From Escherichia coli (GTDB taxonomy: Bacteria > Pseudomonadota > Gammaproteobacteria > Enterobacterales > Enterobacteriaceae), in the NCBI RefSeq assembly GCF_003019035.1, contig NZ_CP027447.1: DNA of 64,000 nt; one strand, 5' to 3'. The position numbers and the translations under genes are program-made. This document shows positions 20,496 through 31,099 of this stretch, piece by piece; within the stretch, counting starts at the first letter, position 1, and each line of letters starts with the position of its first letter. A model generated the notes under the pieces. It worked only from the letters and a program-made list of their open reading frames with translations. It had not been told where the DNA came from and searched no databases.

Positions 20496-21971
20496 TTACT
20501 CCCTGTCTAACCGGCCAACCAGGGAAAGCTCAAAGTTTGCCCCCATAAATTTAAAATGGGGCCGCACGCTCAGCGCGACCTGGTACCAGCCGGGTTCGCC
20601 TTCCACATCCATAACCTCAACTTTGGCAGCGCGCAGAGGTTTACGGCTGCGCACGTCCGCAGGCGGGTTTTCCTGGTCGGCAACATACTGACGGATCCAG
20701 GTATTAAGCTCTCTTTCTAAGTCGCTCCTTTCTTTCCATGACCCCAGTTGTTCACGCTGCAACACCTTGATGTAGTGCGCTAACCGGTTGATGATGAAGA
20801 GATAAGGAAGCTGCGTACCCAGCTTATAGTTGGTTTCTGCGTCTTTGCCCGGAAAGTGCTTCGGTTTTTGTACCGAGTTTGCAGAGAAAAAGGCTGCATT
20901 ATCAGAGTCTTTACGCATGGTAAGGGTGATAAAACCCTCTTCAGCCAGTTCAAATTCGCGGCGATCGGTGACCAGCACCTCGGTTGGGATTTTGGCCTGA
21001 ATCTGACCCATCGTTTCGAACAGATGCACCGGCAGATCTTTCACTGCGCCGCCGCTTTGCGGACCGATGATATTTGGACACCAGCGGTATTTGGCAAAAC
21101 TGTCTGCGACATTGCACGCCAGCATCCAGGCCGTATTACCCCACAGATAATCTTCGTGGTTCCGGCTGACATCTTCGTGATAGTTAAAGTTCTTAACAGG
21201 GTTATCTGTTGGTGAATAAGGCTGGCGAAGCAGGAAGCGGGGTGCCGTAAGCCCTAAATAGCGCGAATCTTCCGAGTCACGCAGGGCGCGCCATTTGGTG
21301 TAGGCCGGACCTTCAAAGATGGCATAAAGATCTTTGATATTAGGCAGTTCGGTCCACGAGTTCAGCCCCATAAATTCCGGGGAAACGGAGGACAGGAACG
21401 GTGCGTGCGCCATTGCGCCCACGGCACTGACGTATTGCAGCAGTTTCATGTCAGGCGCGGTATTTTTGAACTCATAAGCGCCCAGCACGGCAGCGATGGG
21501 TTCACCGCCAAACTGTCCGAAACCGGACGAATAAACGTGCTTATAAAATCCGGACTGAATAATTTCTGGCGCAAACTCAAAGTCTTCCAGAAGTTCCTGC
21601 TTGGTGACATGAAGCACGTTGACCTTGATGTTTTCACGGAAATCAACGCGATCCACCATTGTTTTCAGTGAGCGCCAGAACGACTCGACCTGCTGAAAGG
21701 CAGGCGCATGGATGATGACATCCATCTGGCGGCTGATGCGTTCATCAATATCTGCAATCATGCTGTCCACGGCCAGTTTATTGACCGGTTCGGCAGATGC
21801 AGTGGATTGCAGGATGCTGGCAATAAAGGCTGTCACACCCTGGCGGGCAACGTCATAACCTTCCGAACCGGGCTGAATACGGGTCTGTGCCATGATTTGA
21901 TCAAGCAGCGACGATGCCTGCTCAGGCTGCCCGGCATGACTGGAAACGAGTTCCTCTTCCTGTAAAGACAT
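20496..21971 (-). CDS. tssC: T6SS sheath large subunit TssC (VipB)
   Basis: 491-aa ORF; conserved sheath protein, follows tssB. Confidence 0.9.
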   Translation of the reverse strand: MSLQEEELVSSHAGQPEQASSLLDQIMAQTRIQPGSEGYDVARQGVTAFIASILQSTASAEPVNKLAVDSMIADIDERISRQMDVIIHAPAFQQVESFWRSLKTMVDRVDFRENIKVNVLHVTKQELLEDFEFAPEIIQSGFYKHVYSSGFGQFGGEPIAAVLGAYEFKNTAPDMKLLQYVSAVGAMAHAPFLSSVSPEFMGLNSWTELPNIKDLYAIFEGPAYTKWRALRDSEDSRYLGLTAPRFLLRQPYSPTDNPVKNFNYHEDVSRNHEDYLWGNTAWMLACNVADSFAKYRWCPNIIGPQSGGAVKDLPVHLFETMGQIQAKIPTEVLVTDRREFELAEEGFITLTMRKDSDNAAFFSANSVQKPKHFPGKDAETNYKLGTQLPYLFIINRLAHYIKVLQREQLGSWKERSDLERELNTWIRQYVADQENPPADVRSRKPLRAAKVEVMDVEGEPGWYQVALSVRPHFKFMGANFELSLVGRLDRE

Positions 21972-22280
21972 ACTGAAAATCCTTCTGTTTTAGCTGTGTT
22001 TCTGAAACCGGCTTTTCGCCATCAGTGAAGTACGCGCTGCCAGTGCGACGCGCTCTGCTGAAACTCACAAAAATGGATAATCTCATCCAATAGATCACTG
22101 ATACGGCGATCCAGTGTTGTAATCAGCGCAGCCACACCATCCTGGTTGATTTCAACGGACGGGCTGAAACATACCTGGTAAACCACCTGCAGAATGTCTG
22201 CAACAGAGAGGTGGTATGTCCCGGAGATATTTTTGTGTGCCGTCATGCCTGGATAACCCTGTTTAATGAAATAGTGGTGG

Positions 22281-22781
22281 TTATTTATTGCTCACCCGGC
22301 CGATTTCTTTGAGCAACTGCTCGCGGGACTCCTCATTTTCCAACAATGCCTGGAGCTGGGTACGGAATGCCGGAAGGTTACCCATCGGCCCCTTCAGTGC
22401 AGTCAGTGCTTCACGCAGTTCCAGCAATTTATTCACTTCCGGAACCTGCCGGGCCACGCTATCTGGTGAAAAATCATCCAGTGATTTGATATTCAGCGCC
22501 ACATTCAGTTCATCGTCTGTTGTGCTTCCCTTCAGCGTGGCGGGGACAGTAAAATTGAGGCCAATGGCTGCTTCAGCCATCACTGCACCGAAATTGTGCT
22601 TGTTAACGGAAACTGCCTGACGTTCATCCAGTGGGGATGTTTCCTGCGTATTTCCGGTATCGCCGACAACGAGCATGTTAAGCGGAAGTTCCACTTCAGC
22701 CGTCTGGCCATCTGTTTTTGGGACATACGATATATTAATACGCTCGCGAGGCGCGACGCTGCCTTCAAATTTTTTGCTCAT
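22281..22781 (-). CDS. tssB: T6SS sheath small subunit TssB (VipA)
   Basis: 166-aa ORF starting MSKKFEGSVAPRERINISYVPKTDGQ; first gene of the minus-strand operon. Confidence 0.9.
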   Translation of the reverse strand: MSKKFEGSVAPRERINISYVPKTDGQTAEVELPLNMLVVGDTGNTQETSPLDERQAVSVNKHNFGAVMAEAAIGLNFTVPATLKGSTTDDELNVALNIKSLDDFSPDSVARQVPEVNKLLELREALTALKGPMGNLPAFRTQLQALLENEESREQLLKEIGRVSNK

Positions 22782-23477
22782 AAAAGTGATCCGTCATGTT
22801 ATCTCGTACAGGCCATGAACACGGCATATTTGTACCGAAAAAAAATATCGGCAATGCCGCCCTAATGGCGGTGAAAATAAAATCACCACTCCTTCATCAC
22901 CCCGCATTCTACGCTTCAAAATAAATAAGAAAAGGACTTTTTATCGATCGTAAAGAGGGGTATTCTGCAAGCGTTAAATAGATTGTGTGAACCTGTGCAA
23001 TTCGCGCCAGGTGTATTATGGCAATAATTTAAATATAGAGCTTTTATGTAACTTATTGAATTATATAATAATTTCATTAAACATAAGCTAATCTGATGAT
23101 TGCTTGTTTATATATTTGTTTTGTGATTGATTAAGTGGGTATTTTTAAGGAATATCTCAAAAATTATCAAAATGATAATTCAGAAAGGATAAATACAATA
23201 TTTATTCATGATTCAGCTTTGGCCATTTTATGGAGGCAATACGGACTTTGAACAGTTGGGTATGGTTATCCAGATATATATTATTAACTTATTGCTGAAT
23301 AAGAGATTTAATGATTTTAAAAATAGTTTTTACGACAACCGTAAATTCTAGCTCGGTTTGTATGTAAAAAATACTGAAAAATGATGCGGTTCCGTGAAGT
23401 GAGCTGCATCTGCCTGTCTGGGATTAACGGCAGGTCATTGTAAGTAGTAATTAACCACGTTAACAAGGAGTTTACAA
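22782..23477. promoter_or_regulatory. AT-rich divergent promoter region between tssB operon and hcp-vgrG-rhs operon; possible Fur-box-like site (23164-23183) and a single GATC (22946-22949)
   Basis: About 700 bp non-coding, roughly 30 percent GC, between divergently oriented operons; ttatcaaaatgataattcag resembles the Fur consensus GATAATGATAATCATTATC. Sites are by eye only. Confidence 0.4.
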
Positions 23478-23996
23478 ATGCCAACACCGTGTTATATCTC
23501 CATCACTGGTCAGACCCAGGGAAATATTACTGCAGGTGCATTTACCGCTGATTCTGTCGGCAACATCTATGTGCAGGGGCACGAAGACGAGATGCTGGTG
23601 CAGGAATTCCTGCATAACGTTACTGTCCCGACCGATCCTCAGTCCGGCCAGCCTGCGGGTCAGCGTGCTCACAAGCCGTTCATTTTTACCGTGGCGCTGA
23701 ACAAAGCTGTTCCGCTGATGTACAACGCACTGGCCTCCGGCGAAATGCTGCCAACCACTGAACTTCACTGGTGGCGTACCTCTGTGGAAGGCAAACAGGA
23801 GCATTATTTCACCACCCGCCTGACCGATTCGACGATTGTCGATATGAAACTGCATATGCCGCATTGCCAGGATCCGGCGAAACGCGAGTTCACCCAGTTG
23901 CTCGAAGTTTCACTGGCCTACCGCAAAATAGAGTGGGAACACGTCAAATCTGGCACCTCCGGTGCCGACGACTGGCGCGCACCGCTGGAAGCATAA
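23478..23996 (+). CDS. hcp: T6SS tube protein Hcp
   Basis: 172-aa ORF, RBS aaggag, Hcp-type N-terminus; followed by hairpin terminator. Confidence 0.9.
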   Translation: MPTPCYISITGQTQGNITAGAFTADSVGNIYVQGHEDEMLVQEFLHNVTVPTDPQSGQPAGQRAHKPFIFTVALNKAVPLMYNALASGEMLPTTELHWWRTSVEGKQEHYFTTRLTDSTIVDMKLHMPHCQDPAKREFTQLLEVSLAYRKIEWEHVKSGTSGADDWRAPLEA

Positions 23997-24007
23997 GTTA
24001 AGCCAAC

Positions 24008-24042
24008 AGCATCCGGCTATCAGGCCGGATGCTGTTTTTGTA
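24008..24042 (+). terminator. Rho-independent terminator/attenuator after hcp
   Basis: Inverted repeat aacagcatccggc ... gccggatgctgtt followed by TTTTT. Confidence 0.6.
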
Positions 24043-24205
24043 TTACGCCGTAAAAAGAAAGGTTGTCAGTAAGGGGTTACGTTCACGGGAGATGGCGGAT
24101 GCCGGAAACTTCGGCGGTAGCGTGCCTGAACGCAAGCGTAACACTGTACTGTTACAGCCGCTTTAACAGCGAACTGTCTGTTTTTCCTTAAACCCGGAGG
24201 TTGCT

Positions 24206-26314
24206 ATGTCAACCGGATTACGTTTCACGCTGGAAGTGGACGGCCTGCCACCGGACGCGTTTGCGGTGGTCTCCTTTCATCTGAACCAGTCACTCTCTTC
24301 GCTCTTTTCCCTCGATCTCTCTCTGGTCAGCCAGCAGTTTCTCTCCCTTGAATTTGCGCAGGTGCTGGACAAAATGGCCTACCTGACGGTATGGCAGGGC
24401 GATGACGTACAGCGCCGGGTGAAAGGTGTGGTGACCTGGTTTGAACTGGGGGAGAACGACAAAAACCAGATGCTGTACAGCATGAAGGTGTGCCCACCGC
24501 TGTGGCGCACAGGGCTGCGCCAGAACTTCCGTATCTTCCAGAATGAGGACATCGAAAGCATACTCGCGACGATCCTGAAAGAAAACGGGGTGACCGAGTG
24601 GAGTCCGCTGTTCAGCGAGCCGCATCCTTCCCGTGAGTTTTGTGTCCAGTACGGCGAAACCGATTACGATTTCCTGTGCCGGATGGCGGCGGAGGAAGGC
24701 ATCTTCTTTTATGAGGAGCACGCGCAAAAAAGTACCGACCAGAGCCTGGTCCTGTGCGACACCGTGCGTTATCTGCCGGAGTCCTTTGAGATCCCCTGGA
24801 ATCCGAACACCCGTACCGAGGTGAGCACCCTATGCATCAGCCAGTTCCTCTACAGCGCACAAATCCGCCCATCTTCCGTGGTGACCAAAGACTACACCTT
24901 TAAACGACCCGGCTGGGCAGGGCGTTTTGATCAGGAAGGCCAGCACCAGGATTACCAGCGCACACAGTATGAAGTGTATGACTACCCCGGACGTTTCAAG
25001 GGTGCCCACGGGCAGAACTTTGCCTGCTGGCAGATGGATGGCTGGCGAAACAACGCAGAAGTGGCGCGCGGAACAAGCCGTTCGCCGGAGATATGGCCGG
25101 GACGGCGAATTGCGCTGACGGGGCATCCGCAGGCGAACCTGAACCGGGAATGGCAGGTGGTGGCAAGTGAACTGCACGGCGAGCAGCCGCAGGCGGTGCC
25201 GGGACGCAGTGGTTCAGGTACCACGCTGAATAACCACTTTGCGGTAATACCGGCAGACAGAACATGGCGGCCACAGCCGTTGCTGAAACCGCTGGTGGAC
25301 GGCCCGCAGAGCGCCGTCGTGACGGGACCGGCAGGAGAAGAAATCTTCTGTGATGAACATGGCCGCGTGCGGGTGAAATTTAACTGGGACCGTTATAACC
25401 CGTCAAACCAGGACAGTTCATGCTGGATCCGTGTGGCACAGGCGTGGGCAGGCACCGGGTTTGGTAACCTGGCGATACCGCGTGTGGGTCAGGAGGTCAT
25501 TGTGGACTTCCTCAACGGCGATCCGGACCAGCCGATTATTATGGGGCGCACCTACCACCAGGAAAACCGCACCCCCGGCAGCCTGCCGGGAACAAAGACG
25601 CAAATGACCATTCGTTCAAAAACCTATAAGGGCAGCGGGTTTAATGAACTGAAGTTTGACGATGCGACAGGGAAAGAACAGGTCTACATCCACGCGCAGA
25701 AGAACATGAACACCGAGGTGCTGAATAACCGCACCACAGATGTGATAAACAACCATGCTGAGACCATCGGCAACAATCAGGTGATTGCGGTTACCAACAA
25801 TCAGATACAGACGGTGGGCGTTAACCAGATAGAGACGGTGGGCAGTAACCAGATCATTAAAGTGGGCTCTGTTCAGGTGGAAACGATTGGACTTGTTCGT
25901 GCGCTGACTGTGGGCGTGGCGTATCAGACGACGGTAGGTGGCATTATGAACACCTCGGTGGCCCTGATGCAGTCCTCGCAGATCGGTTTGCATAAATCGT
26001 TGATGGTCGGGCTGGGTTATGACGTCAAAGTCGGAAATAACGTTACCTTCACCGTTGGTAAAACGAAAAAGGATGATACCGGGCAGACCGCGATTTACTC
26101 CGCCGGTGAGCATCTGGAACTCTGCTGTGGTAAGGCAAGGCTGGTGCTGACTAAGGACGGACAAATTTTTCTCAACGGCACAAAAATTCATTTGCAGGGT
26201 AAGGAGCAGGTTAATGGTGACTCACTGTTGATTAACTGGAACTGTGCAGCCTCGAAATCCCCACCGAAGACCCCTGATGAAAAGCAGGATACGCCGGATA
26301 TGAGAGAGTACTGA
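24206..26314 (+). CDS. vgrG: T6SS spike protein VgrG (no C-terminal effector extension)
   Basis: 702-aa ORF, RBS ggagg; gp27/gp5-like region with repeated VxxNQ beta-helix motifs (NNQVIAVTNNQIQTVGVNQIETVGSNQIIKVGSVQ). Confidence 0.9.
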   Translation: MSTGLRFTLEVDGLPPDAFAVVSFHLNQSLSSLFSLDLSLVSQQFLSLEFAQVLDKMAYLTVWQGDDVQRRVKGVVTWFELGENDKNQMLYSMKVCPPLWRTGLRQNFRIFQNEDIESILATILKENGVTEWSPLFSEPHPSREFCVQYGETDYDFLCRMAAEEGIFFYEEHAQKSTDQSLVLCDTVRYLPESFEIPWNPNTRTEVSTLCISQFLYSAQIRPSSVVTKDYTFKRPGWAGRFDQEGQHQDYQRTQYEVYDYPGRFKGAHGQNFACWQMDGWRNNAEVARGTSRSPEIWPGRRIALTGHPQANLNREWQVVASELHGEQPQAVPGRSGSGTTLNNHFAVIPADRTWRPQPLLKPLVDGPQSAVVTGPAGEEIFCDEHGRVRVKFNWDRYNPSNQDSSCWIRVAQAWAGTGFGNLAIPRVGQEVIVDFLNGDPDQPIIMGRTYHQENRTPGSLPGTKTQMTIRSKTYKGSGFNELKFDDATGKEQVYIHAQKNMNTEVLNNRTTDVINNHAETIGNNQVIAVTNNQIQTVGVNQIETVGSNQIIKVGSVQVETIGLVRALTVGVAYQTTVGGIMNTSVALMQSSQIGLHKSLMVGLGYDVKVGNNVTFTVGKTKKDDTGQTAIYSAGEHLELCCGKARLVLTKDGQIFLNGTKIHLQGKEQVNGDSLLINWNCAASKSPPKTPDEKQDTPDMREY

Positions 26315-26380
26315 TCCCGTACCTGTTCAGTATTCAGTAACAAACAAGCATTAAAAATAAACAGAAGAAGGAATTGAATC

Positions 26381-29300
26381 ATGAGCGGAAAACCGGCGGC
26401 GCGTCAGGGAGATATGACCCAGTATGGCGGTCCCATTGTCCAGGGTTCGGCAGGTGTAAGAATTGGCGCGCCCACCGGCGTGGCCTGTTCAGTGTGCCCG
26501 GGCGGAGTCACTTCCGGCAACCCGGTAAACCCGCTGCTGGGAGCGAAGGTGCTGCCCGGTGAGACGGATGTTGCGCTGCCCGGTCCGCTGCCGTTCATTC
26601 TCTCCCGCACCTACAGCAGCTACCGGACCCGGACGCCTGCACCGGTGGGCGTTTTCGGCCCCGGCTGGAAAGCGCCTTCTGATATCCGCTTACAGCTACG
26701 TGATGACGGACTGATACTCAACGACAACGGCGGGCGGAGCATTCACTTTGAGCCGCTGCTGCCGGGGGAGGCGGTGTACAGCCGCAGCGAGTCAATGTGG
26801 CTGGTGCGTGGCGGTAAGGCAACGCAGCCGGACGGCCACACGCTGGCACGGCTGTGGGCGTCGCTGCCGCCGGATATCCGGTTAAGCCCGCATCTTTACC
26901 TGGCGACCAACAGCGCACAGGGGCCGTGGTGGATACTCGGCTGGTCAGAGCGGGTGCCGGGTACTGAGGACGTACTGCCAGCGCCGCTGCCGCCGTACCG
27001 GGTGCTTACCGGGCTGGCGGACCGCTTCGGGCAGACGCTGACGTACCGGCGTGAGGCCGCCGGTGACCTGGCCGGGGAAATCACCGGCGTGACGGACGGT
27101 GCCGGGCGGAAGTTCCGTCTGGTGCTGACCACACAGGCGCAGCGGGCGGAAGAGGCCCGTAAACAGCACACCGCTTCCTTATCTTCCCCTGACACCCCCC
27201 GCCCTCTTTCAGACTCAGCTTTCCCCGACACACTGCCCGGTACGGAATACGGCCCCGACAGGGGTATCCGCCTTTCGGCGGTGTGGCTGATGCACGACCC
27301 GGCATACCCGGAAAGCCTGCCCGGTGCGCCACTGGCGCGGTACACGTATACGGAAGCCGGTGAACTGCTGGCGGTATATGACCGCAGCAATACGCAGGTG
27401 CGCGCTTTCACGTATGACGTGCAGCACCCGGGCCGGATGGTGGGGCACCGTTATGCGGGAAGGCCGGAGATGCGCTACCGCTACGACAATACCGGGCGGG
27501 TGGTGGAGCAGCTGAACCCGGCAGGGTTAAGCTATCGCTATCTTTATGAGCAGGACCGCATCACCATCACGGACAGCCTGAACCGGCGAGAGGTGCTGCA
27601 TACAGAAGGCGGGGCCGGGCTGAAGCGGGTGGTGAAAAAAGAACTGGCGGACGGCAGCGTCACGCACAGCGGGTATGACGCGGCAGGAAGGCTCACGGCA
27701 CAGACGGACGCGGCGGGACGGCAGACAGAGTACGGTCTGAATGTGGTGTCAGGCGATATCACGGACATCACCACGCCGGACGGGCGGGAGACGAAATTTT
27801 ACTATAACGACGGGAACCAGGTGACGGCAGTGGTGTCCCCGGACGGGCTGGAGAGCCGCCGGGCGTATGATGAGCGGGACAGGCTGGTAACGGAGACATC
27901 GCGCAGTGGGGACGTCATCCGGTATGCTTATGATAATCCGCACAGTGAATTACCGGCCACGACAACAGATGCGACGGGCAGCACCCGGCAGATGACCTGG
28001 AGCCGCTACGGGCAGTTGCTGGCGTTCACCGACTGCTCGGGCTACCAGACCCGCTATGAGTACGACCGCTTCGGCCAGATGACGGCGGTCCACCGCGAGG
28101 AAGGCATCAGCCTTTACCGCCGCTATGACAACCGTGGCCGGTTAACCTCGGTGAAAGACGCACAGGCCCGTGAAACGCAGTATGAGTACAACGCCGCAGG
28201 CGACCTGACTGCCGTTATCACCCCGGATGGCAACCGGAGTGAGACACAGTACGATGGGTGGGGAAAGGCCATCAGCACCACGCAGGGCGGGCTGACGCGC
28301 AGTATGGAGTACGATGCTGCCGGACGTATCACCACGCTGACTAACGAGAACGGCAGCCACAGCGACTTTAGTTACGATGCGCTGGACCGCCTGATACAGC
28401 AGGGCGGCTTTGACGGGCGGACGCAACGTTATCATTATGACCTGACCGGAAAACTCACGCAGAGTGAAGATGAGGGGCTTGTCATCCTCTGGTACTACGA
28501 TGAATCGGACCGTATTACTCACCGCACGGTAAACGGTGAACCGGCAGAACAGTGGCGGTATGACGGCCACGGCTGGCTGAGAGAAATCAGCCACCTGAGC
28601 GAAGGCCACCGTGTTGCCGTCCACTATGGCTATGATAATAAAGGCCGCCTGACCAGTGAGCGCCAGACGGTGCATCACCCGGAGACGGGAGAGCTGCTCT
28701 GGCAGCATGAGACCGGACATGCGTACAACGAACAGGGGCTGGCAAACCGCGTCACGCCGGACAGTCTGCCGCCGGTGGAGTGGCTGACCTATGGTAGCGG
28801 TTATCTGGCAGGCATGAAGCTGGGCGGGACGCCGCTGCTGGAGTTCACGCGCGACCGCCTGCACCGTGAGACGGTGCGCAGCTTCGGCAGCATGGCAGGC
28901 AGTAATGCCGCATACGAACTGACCAGCACATACACCCCTGCAGGCCAGTTACAGAGTCAGCACCTGAACAGCCTGGTGTATGACCGTGACTACGGGTGGA
29001 ATGACAACGGAGACCTGGTGCGCATCAGCGGCCCGCGACAGACGCGGGAATACGGCTACAGCGCCACGGGCAGGCTGGAGAGTGTGCGCACCCTCGCACC
29101 GGACCTGGACATCCGCATCCCGTATGCCACGGACCCGGCGGGCAACCGGCTGCCGGACCCGGAGCTGCACCCGGACAGTACACTCACAGTGTGGCCGGAT
29201 AACCGCATCGCGGAGGATGCGCACTATGTCTACCGCCACGATGAATACGGCAGGCTGACGGAGAAGACGGACCGCATCCCGGCGGGTGTGATACGGACGG

Positions 29301-29989
29301 ACGACGAGCGGACCCACCACTACCACTACGACAGCCAGCACCGCCTGGTGTTCTACACGCGGATACAGCATGGCGAGCCACTGGTCGAGAGCCGCTACGT
29401 CTACGACCCGCAGGGACGGCGAATGGCGAAACGGGTATGGCGGCGGGAGCGTGACCTGACGGGGTGGATGTCGCTGTCGCGTAAACCGGAGGTGACGTGG
29501 TACGGCTGGGACGGCGACCACCTGACGACGGTGCAGACCGACAGCACACGTATCCAGACGGTATACGAGCCGGGAAGCTTCACACCGCTCATCCGCATCG
29601 AAACAGACAACGGCGAGCGGGAGAAAACGCAGCGGCGGAGCCTGGCGGAGAAGCTCCAGCAGGAAGGGAGCGAGGACGGACACGGTGTGGTGTTCCCGGC
29701 TGAACTGGTGAGGATGCTGGACAGGCTGGAGGAAGAAATCCGGGCAGACCGCGTGAGCGGTGAAAGCCGGACGTGGCTTGCACAGTGCGGGCTGGCGGTG
29801 GAGCAACTGGAAAAACAGGTGGAGCCGGAATACACGCCGGAACGCACACTGCATCTTTACCACTGCGACCATCGGGGACTGCCGCTGGCGCTTATCAGCG
29901 AAGACGGCAATACGGTGTGGAGCGCGGAGTATGATGAATGGGGAAACCTGCTTAATGAGGAGAACCCGCATCATGTGTATCAGTCATAG
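26381..29989 (+). CDS. rhs: PAAR-like/Rhs-repeat protein core, terminated by an in-frame TAG at 29987-29989
   Basis: 1202-aa ORF; N-terminal AARQGD...[18 protein letters not shown] (prePAAR/PAAR-like), long run of YD/Rhs repeats ([32 protein letters not shown]), ends ...[10 protein letters not shown] then stop. Confidence 0.85.
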   Translation: MSGKPAARQGDMTQYGGPIVQGSAGVRIGAPTGVACSVCPGGVTSGNPVNPLLGAKVLPGETDVALPGPLPFILSRTYSSYRTRTPAPVGVFGPGWKAPSDIRLQLRDDGLILNDNGGRSIHFEPLLPGEAVYSRSESMWLVRGGKATQPDGHTLARLWASLPPDIRLSPHLYLATNSAQGPWWILGWSERVPGTEDVLPAPLPPYRVLTGLADRFGQTLTYRREAAGDLAGEITGVTDGAGRKFRLVLTTQAQRAEEARKQHTASLSSPDTPRPLSDSAFPDTLPGTEYGPDRGIRLSAVWLMHDPAYPESLPGAPLARYTYTEAGELLAVYDRSNTQVRAFTYDVQHPGRMVGHRYAGRPEMRYRYDNTGRVVEQLNPAGLSYRYLYEQDRITITDSLNRREVLHTEGGAGLKRVVKKELADGSVTHSGYDAAGRLTAQTDAAGRQTEYGLNVVSGDITDITTPDGRETKFYYNDGNQVTAVVSPDGLESRRAYDERDRLVTETSRSGDVIRYAYDNPHSELPATTTDATGSTRQMTWSRYGQLLAFTDCSGYQTRYEYDRFGQMTAVHREEGISLYRRYDNRGRLTSVKDAQARETQYEYNAAGDLTAVITPDGNRSETQYDGWGKAISTTQGGLTRSMEYDAAGRITTLTNENGSHSDFSYDALDRLIQQGGFDGRTQRYHYDLTGKLTQSEDEGLVILWYYDESDRITHRTVNGEPAEQWRYDGHGWLREISHLSEGHRVAVHYGYDNKGRLTSERQTVHHPETGELLWQHETGHAYNEQGLANRVTPDSLPPVEWLTYGSGYLAGMKLGGTPLLEFTRDRLHRETVRSFGSMAGSNAAYELTSTYTPAGQLQSQHLNSLVYDRDYGWNDNGDLVRISGPRQTREYGYSATGRLESVRTLAPDLDIRIPYATDPAGNRLPDPELHPDSTLTVWPDNRIAEDAHYVYRHDEYGRLTEKTDRIPAGVIRTDDERTHHYHYDSQHRLVFYTRIQHGEPLVESRYVYDPQGRRMAKRVWRRERDLTGWMSLSRKPEVTWYGWDGDHLTTVQTDSTRIQTVYEPGSFTPLIRIETDNGEREKTQRRSLAEKLQQEGSEDGHGVVFPAELVRMLDRLEEEIRADRVSGESRTWLAQCGLAVEQLEKQVEPEYTPERTLHLYHCDHRGLPLALISEDGNTVWSAEYDEWGNLLNEENPHHVYQS

Positions 29990-30598
29990 CGTCTGCCGGG
30001 GCAGCAGCATGATGAGGAGTCGGGGCTGTATTATAACCGGAACCGGTACTACAATCCGTTGCTGGGGAGGTATATTACCCAGGATCCAATTGGGCTGGAG
30101 GGGGGATGGAACCTGTATAATTACCCACTGAATCCGATAATAAGGATGGATCCTTTGGGTTTGTATAATTTATATCAATTATTATATGATGTTTGGCATG
30201 ATGATTCATATGGAACATCATCAATTGATATTACTGGCAGTGGAGATCTAATATCATTAGGTGGTCATGCAGGACTTGGCGTTGCGTTTGCTAAAAAGAA
30301 AGGTGAAATGTTATCTGATATTTGTATTTATGCTACAGCATGCGGACATGCAGGAATTGGTGGTGGGATAAATGCGGCTATCACATATTCTGAGACCAAG
30401 TCTTTACCTACATCGGGAGTCAGCAATTCAGTAGGTGTAACGGTTGGCGGCGGAGTTGGGGGGCATTTTGCGTATACTTATGTAGTGGATGTTGATAATC
30501 CAGAATCATCGACAGAATCTGTTGGTATCGGTGCAGGTGTTGACGCTTCAGTTATGACTCTGGCTTGTAGAACGTGGCAAGAATGCTGGGTCAATTAA
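29990..30598 (+). CDS. In-frame continuation of the Rhs gene after the TAG: end of conserved core (RLPGQQ...[10 protein letters not shown]...DPLGL) plus about 145-aa glycine-rich C-terminal toxin domain of unknown activity
   Basis: Same reading frame as 26381-29989 (both start at coordinate mod 3 = 2) with a single stop between; contains the Rhs core-end motif [44 protein letters not shown], then an AT-rich Gly-rich tail ([35 protein letters not shown]). Confidence 0.6.
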   Translation, partial: RLPGQQHDEESGLYYNRNRYYNPLLGRYITQDPIGLEGGWNLYNYPLNPIIRMDPLGLYNLYQLLYDVWHDDSYGTSSIDITGSGDLISLGGHAGLGVAFAKKKGEMLSDICIYATACGHAGIGGGINAAITYSETKSLPTSGVSNSVGVTVGGGVGGHFAYTYVVDVDNPESSTESVGIGAGVDASVMTLACRTWQECWVN

Positions 30599-30609
30599 CA
30601 GGAGGAAAT

Positions 30610-31005
30610 ATGAAAGAATATATATTTTTAGTTTTATTTTTATTGTGTGGTTGTTCTCCAGTGGACATAGAGCCAGCTAGACAAGAAGTTAATATCTTTC
30701 GTGGTTTATATCAGACAGGAAAATACAGTGATATATATAAAATCACTTCAAGTGATTTTCAGACTGCCACATCTGAAAAAAAATTTATCGACATAATGAG
30801 CGAAGCAAAAGGAAAAGATCTTGGGACTTATAAAAAATCAACCCTTAAAACTGAAAAAATCACTCGCGGATTATTTTCAAACGATGAAATTACATTGATA
30901 TATTTCTCAGAATATTCAAAAAGAATTGTCCAAGAGGTTTTTGTGTTTAATGTTGAAGACAAAAAAGTAAAATTAAAAGGTTATAGGTATGATTCGATTA
31001 ATTAA
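30610..31005 (+). CDS. Small lipoprotein, putative cognate immunity protein for the Rhs C-terminal domain
   Basis: 131-aa ORF from ATG with RBS aggagg 5 bp upstream; signal peptide with cysteine (FLVLFLLCGCSP); AT-rich; starts 12 bp after the Rhs tip stop. Confidence 0.55.
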   Translation: MKEYIFLVLFLLCGCSPVDIEPARQEVNIFRGLYQTGKYSDIYKITSSDFQTATSEKKFIDIMSEAKGKDLGTYKKSTLKTEKITRGLFSNDEITLIYFSEYSKRIVQEVFVFNVEDKKVKLKGYRYDSIN

Positions 31006-31099
31006 ATTTTTTGATGATGACTTCAATTAGTAGAACATGTATTTTTCGATAAAAGCACCGATGACTTTTTCATGAAGTTCTACAGAGCGCGAGAAACAG

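Noticed and set aside
23478-26314. Whether VgrG carries a C-terminal toxin domain
   Set aside because: At 702 aa it ends shortly after the gp5-like beta-helix repeats with only a short Pro/Lys-rich tail.
28142-29974. Long antisense ORFs (240-341 aa) inside the rhs gene, with further examples inside tssM, clpV and lfhA (6402-7019, 12102-12767, 40596-41537)
   Set aside because: They lie opposite strongly supported coding genes in GC-rich DNA where stop codons are rare by chance, and their translations are Arg/Pro/Ala-rich with no motifs.
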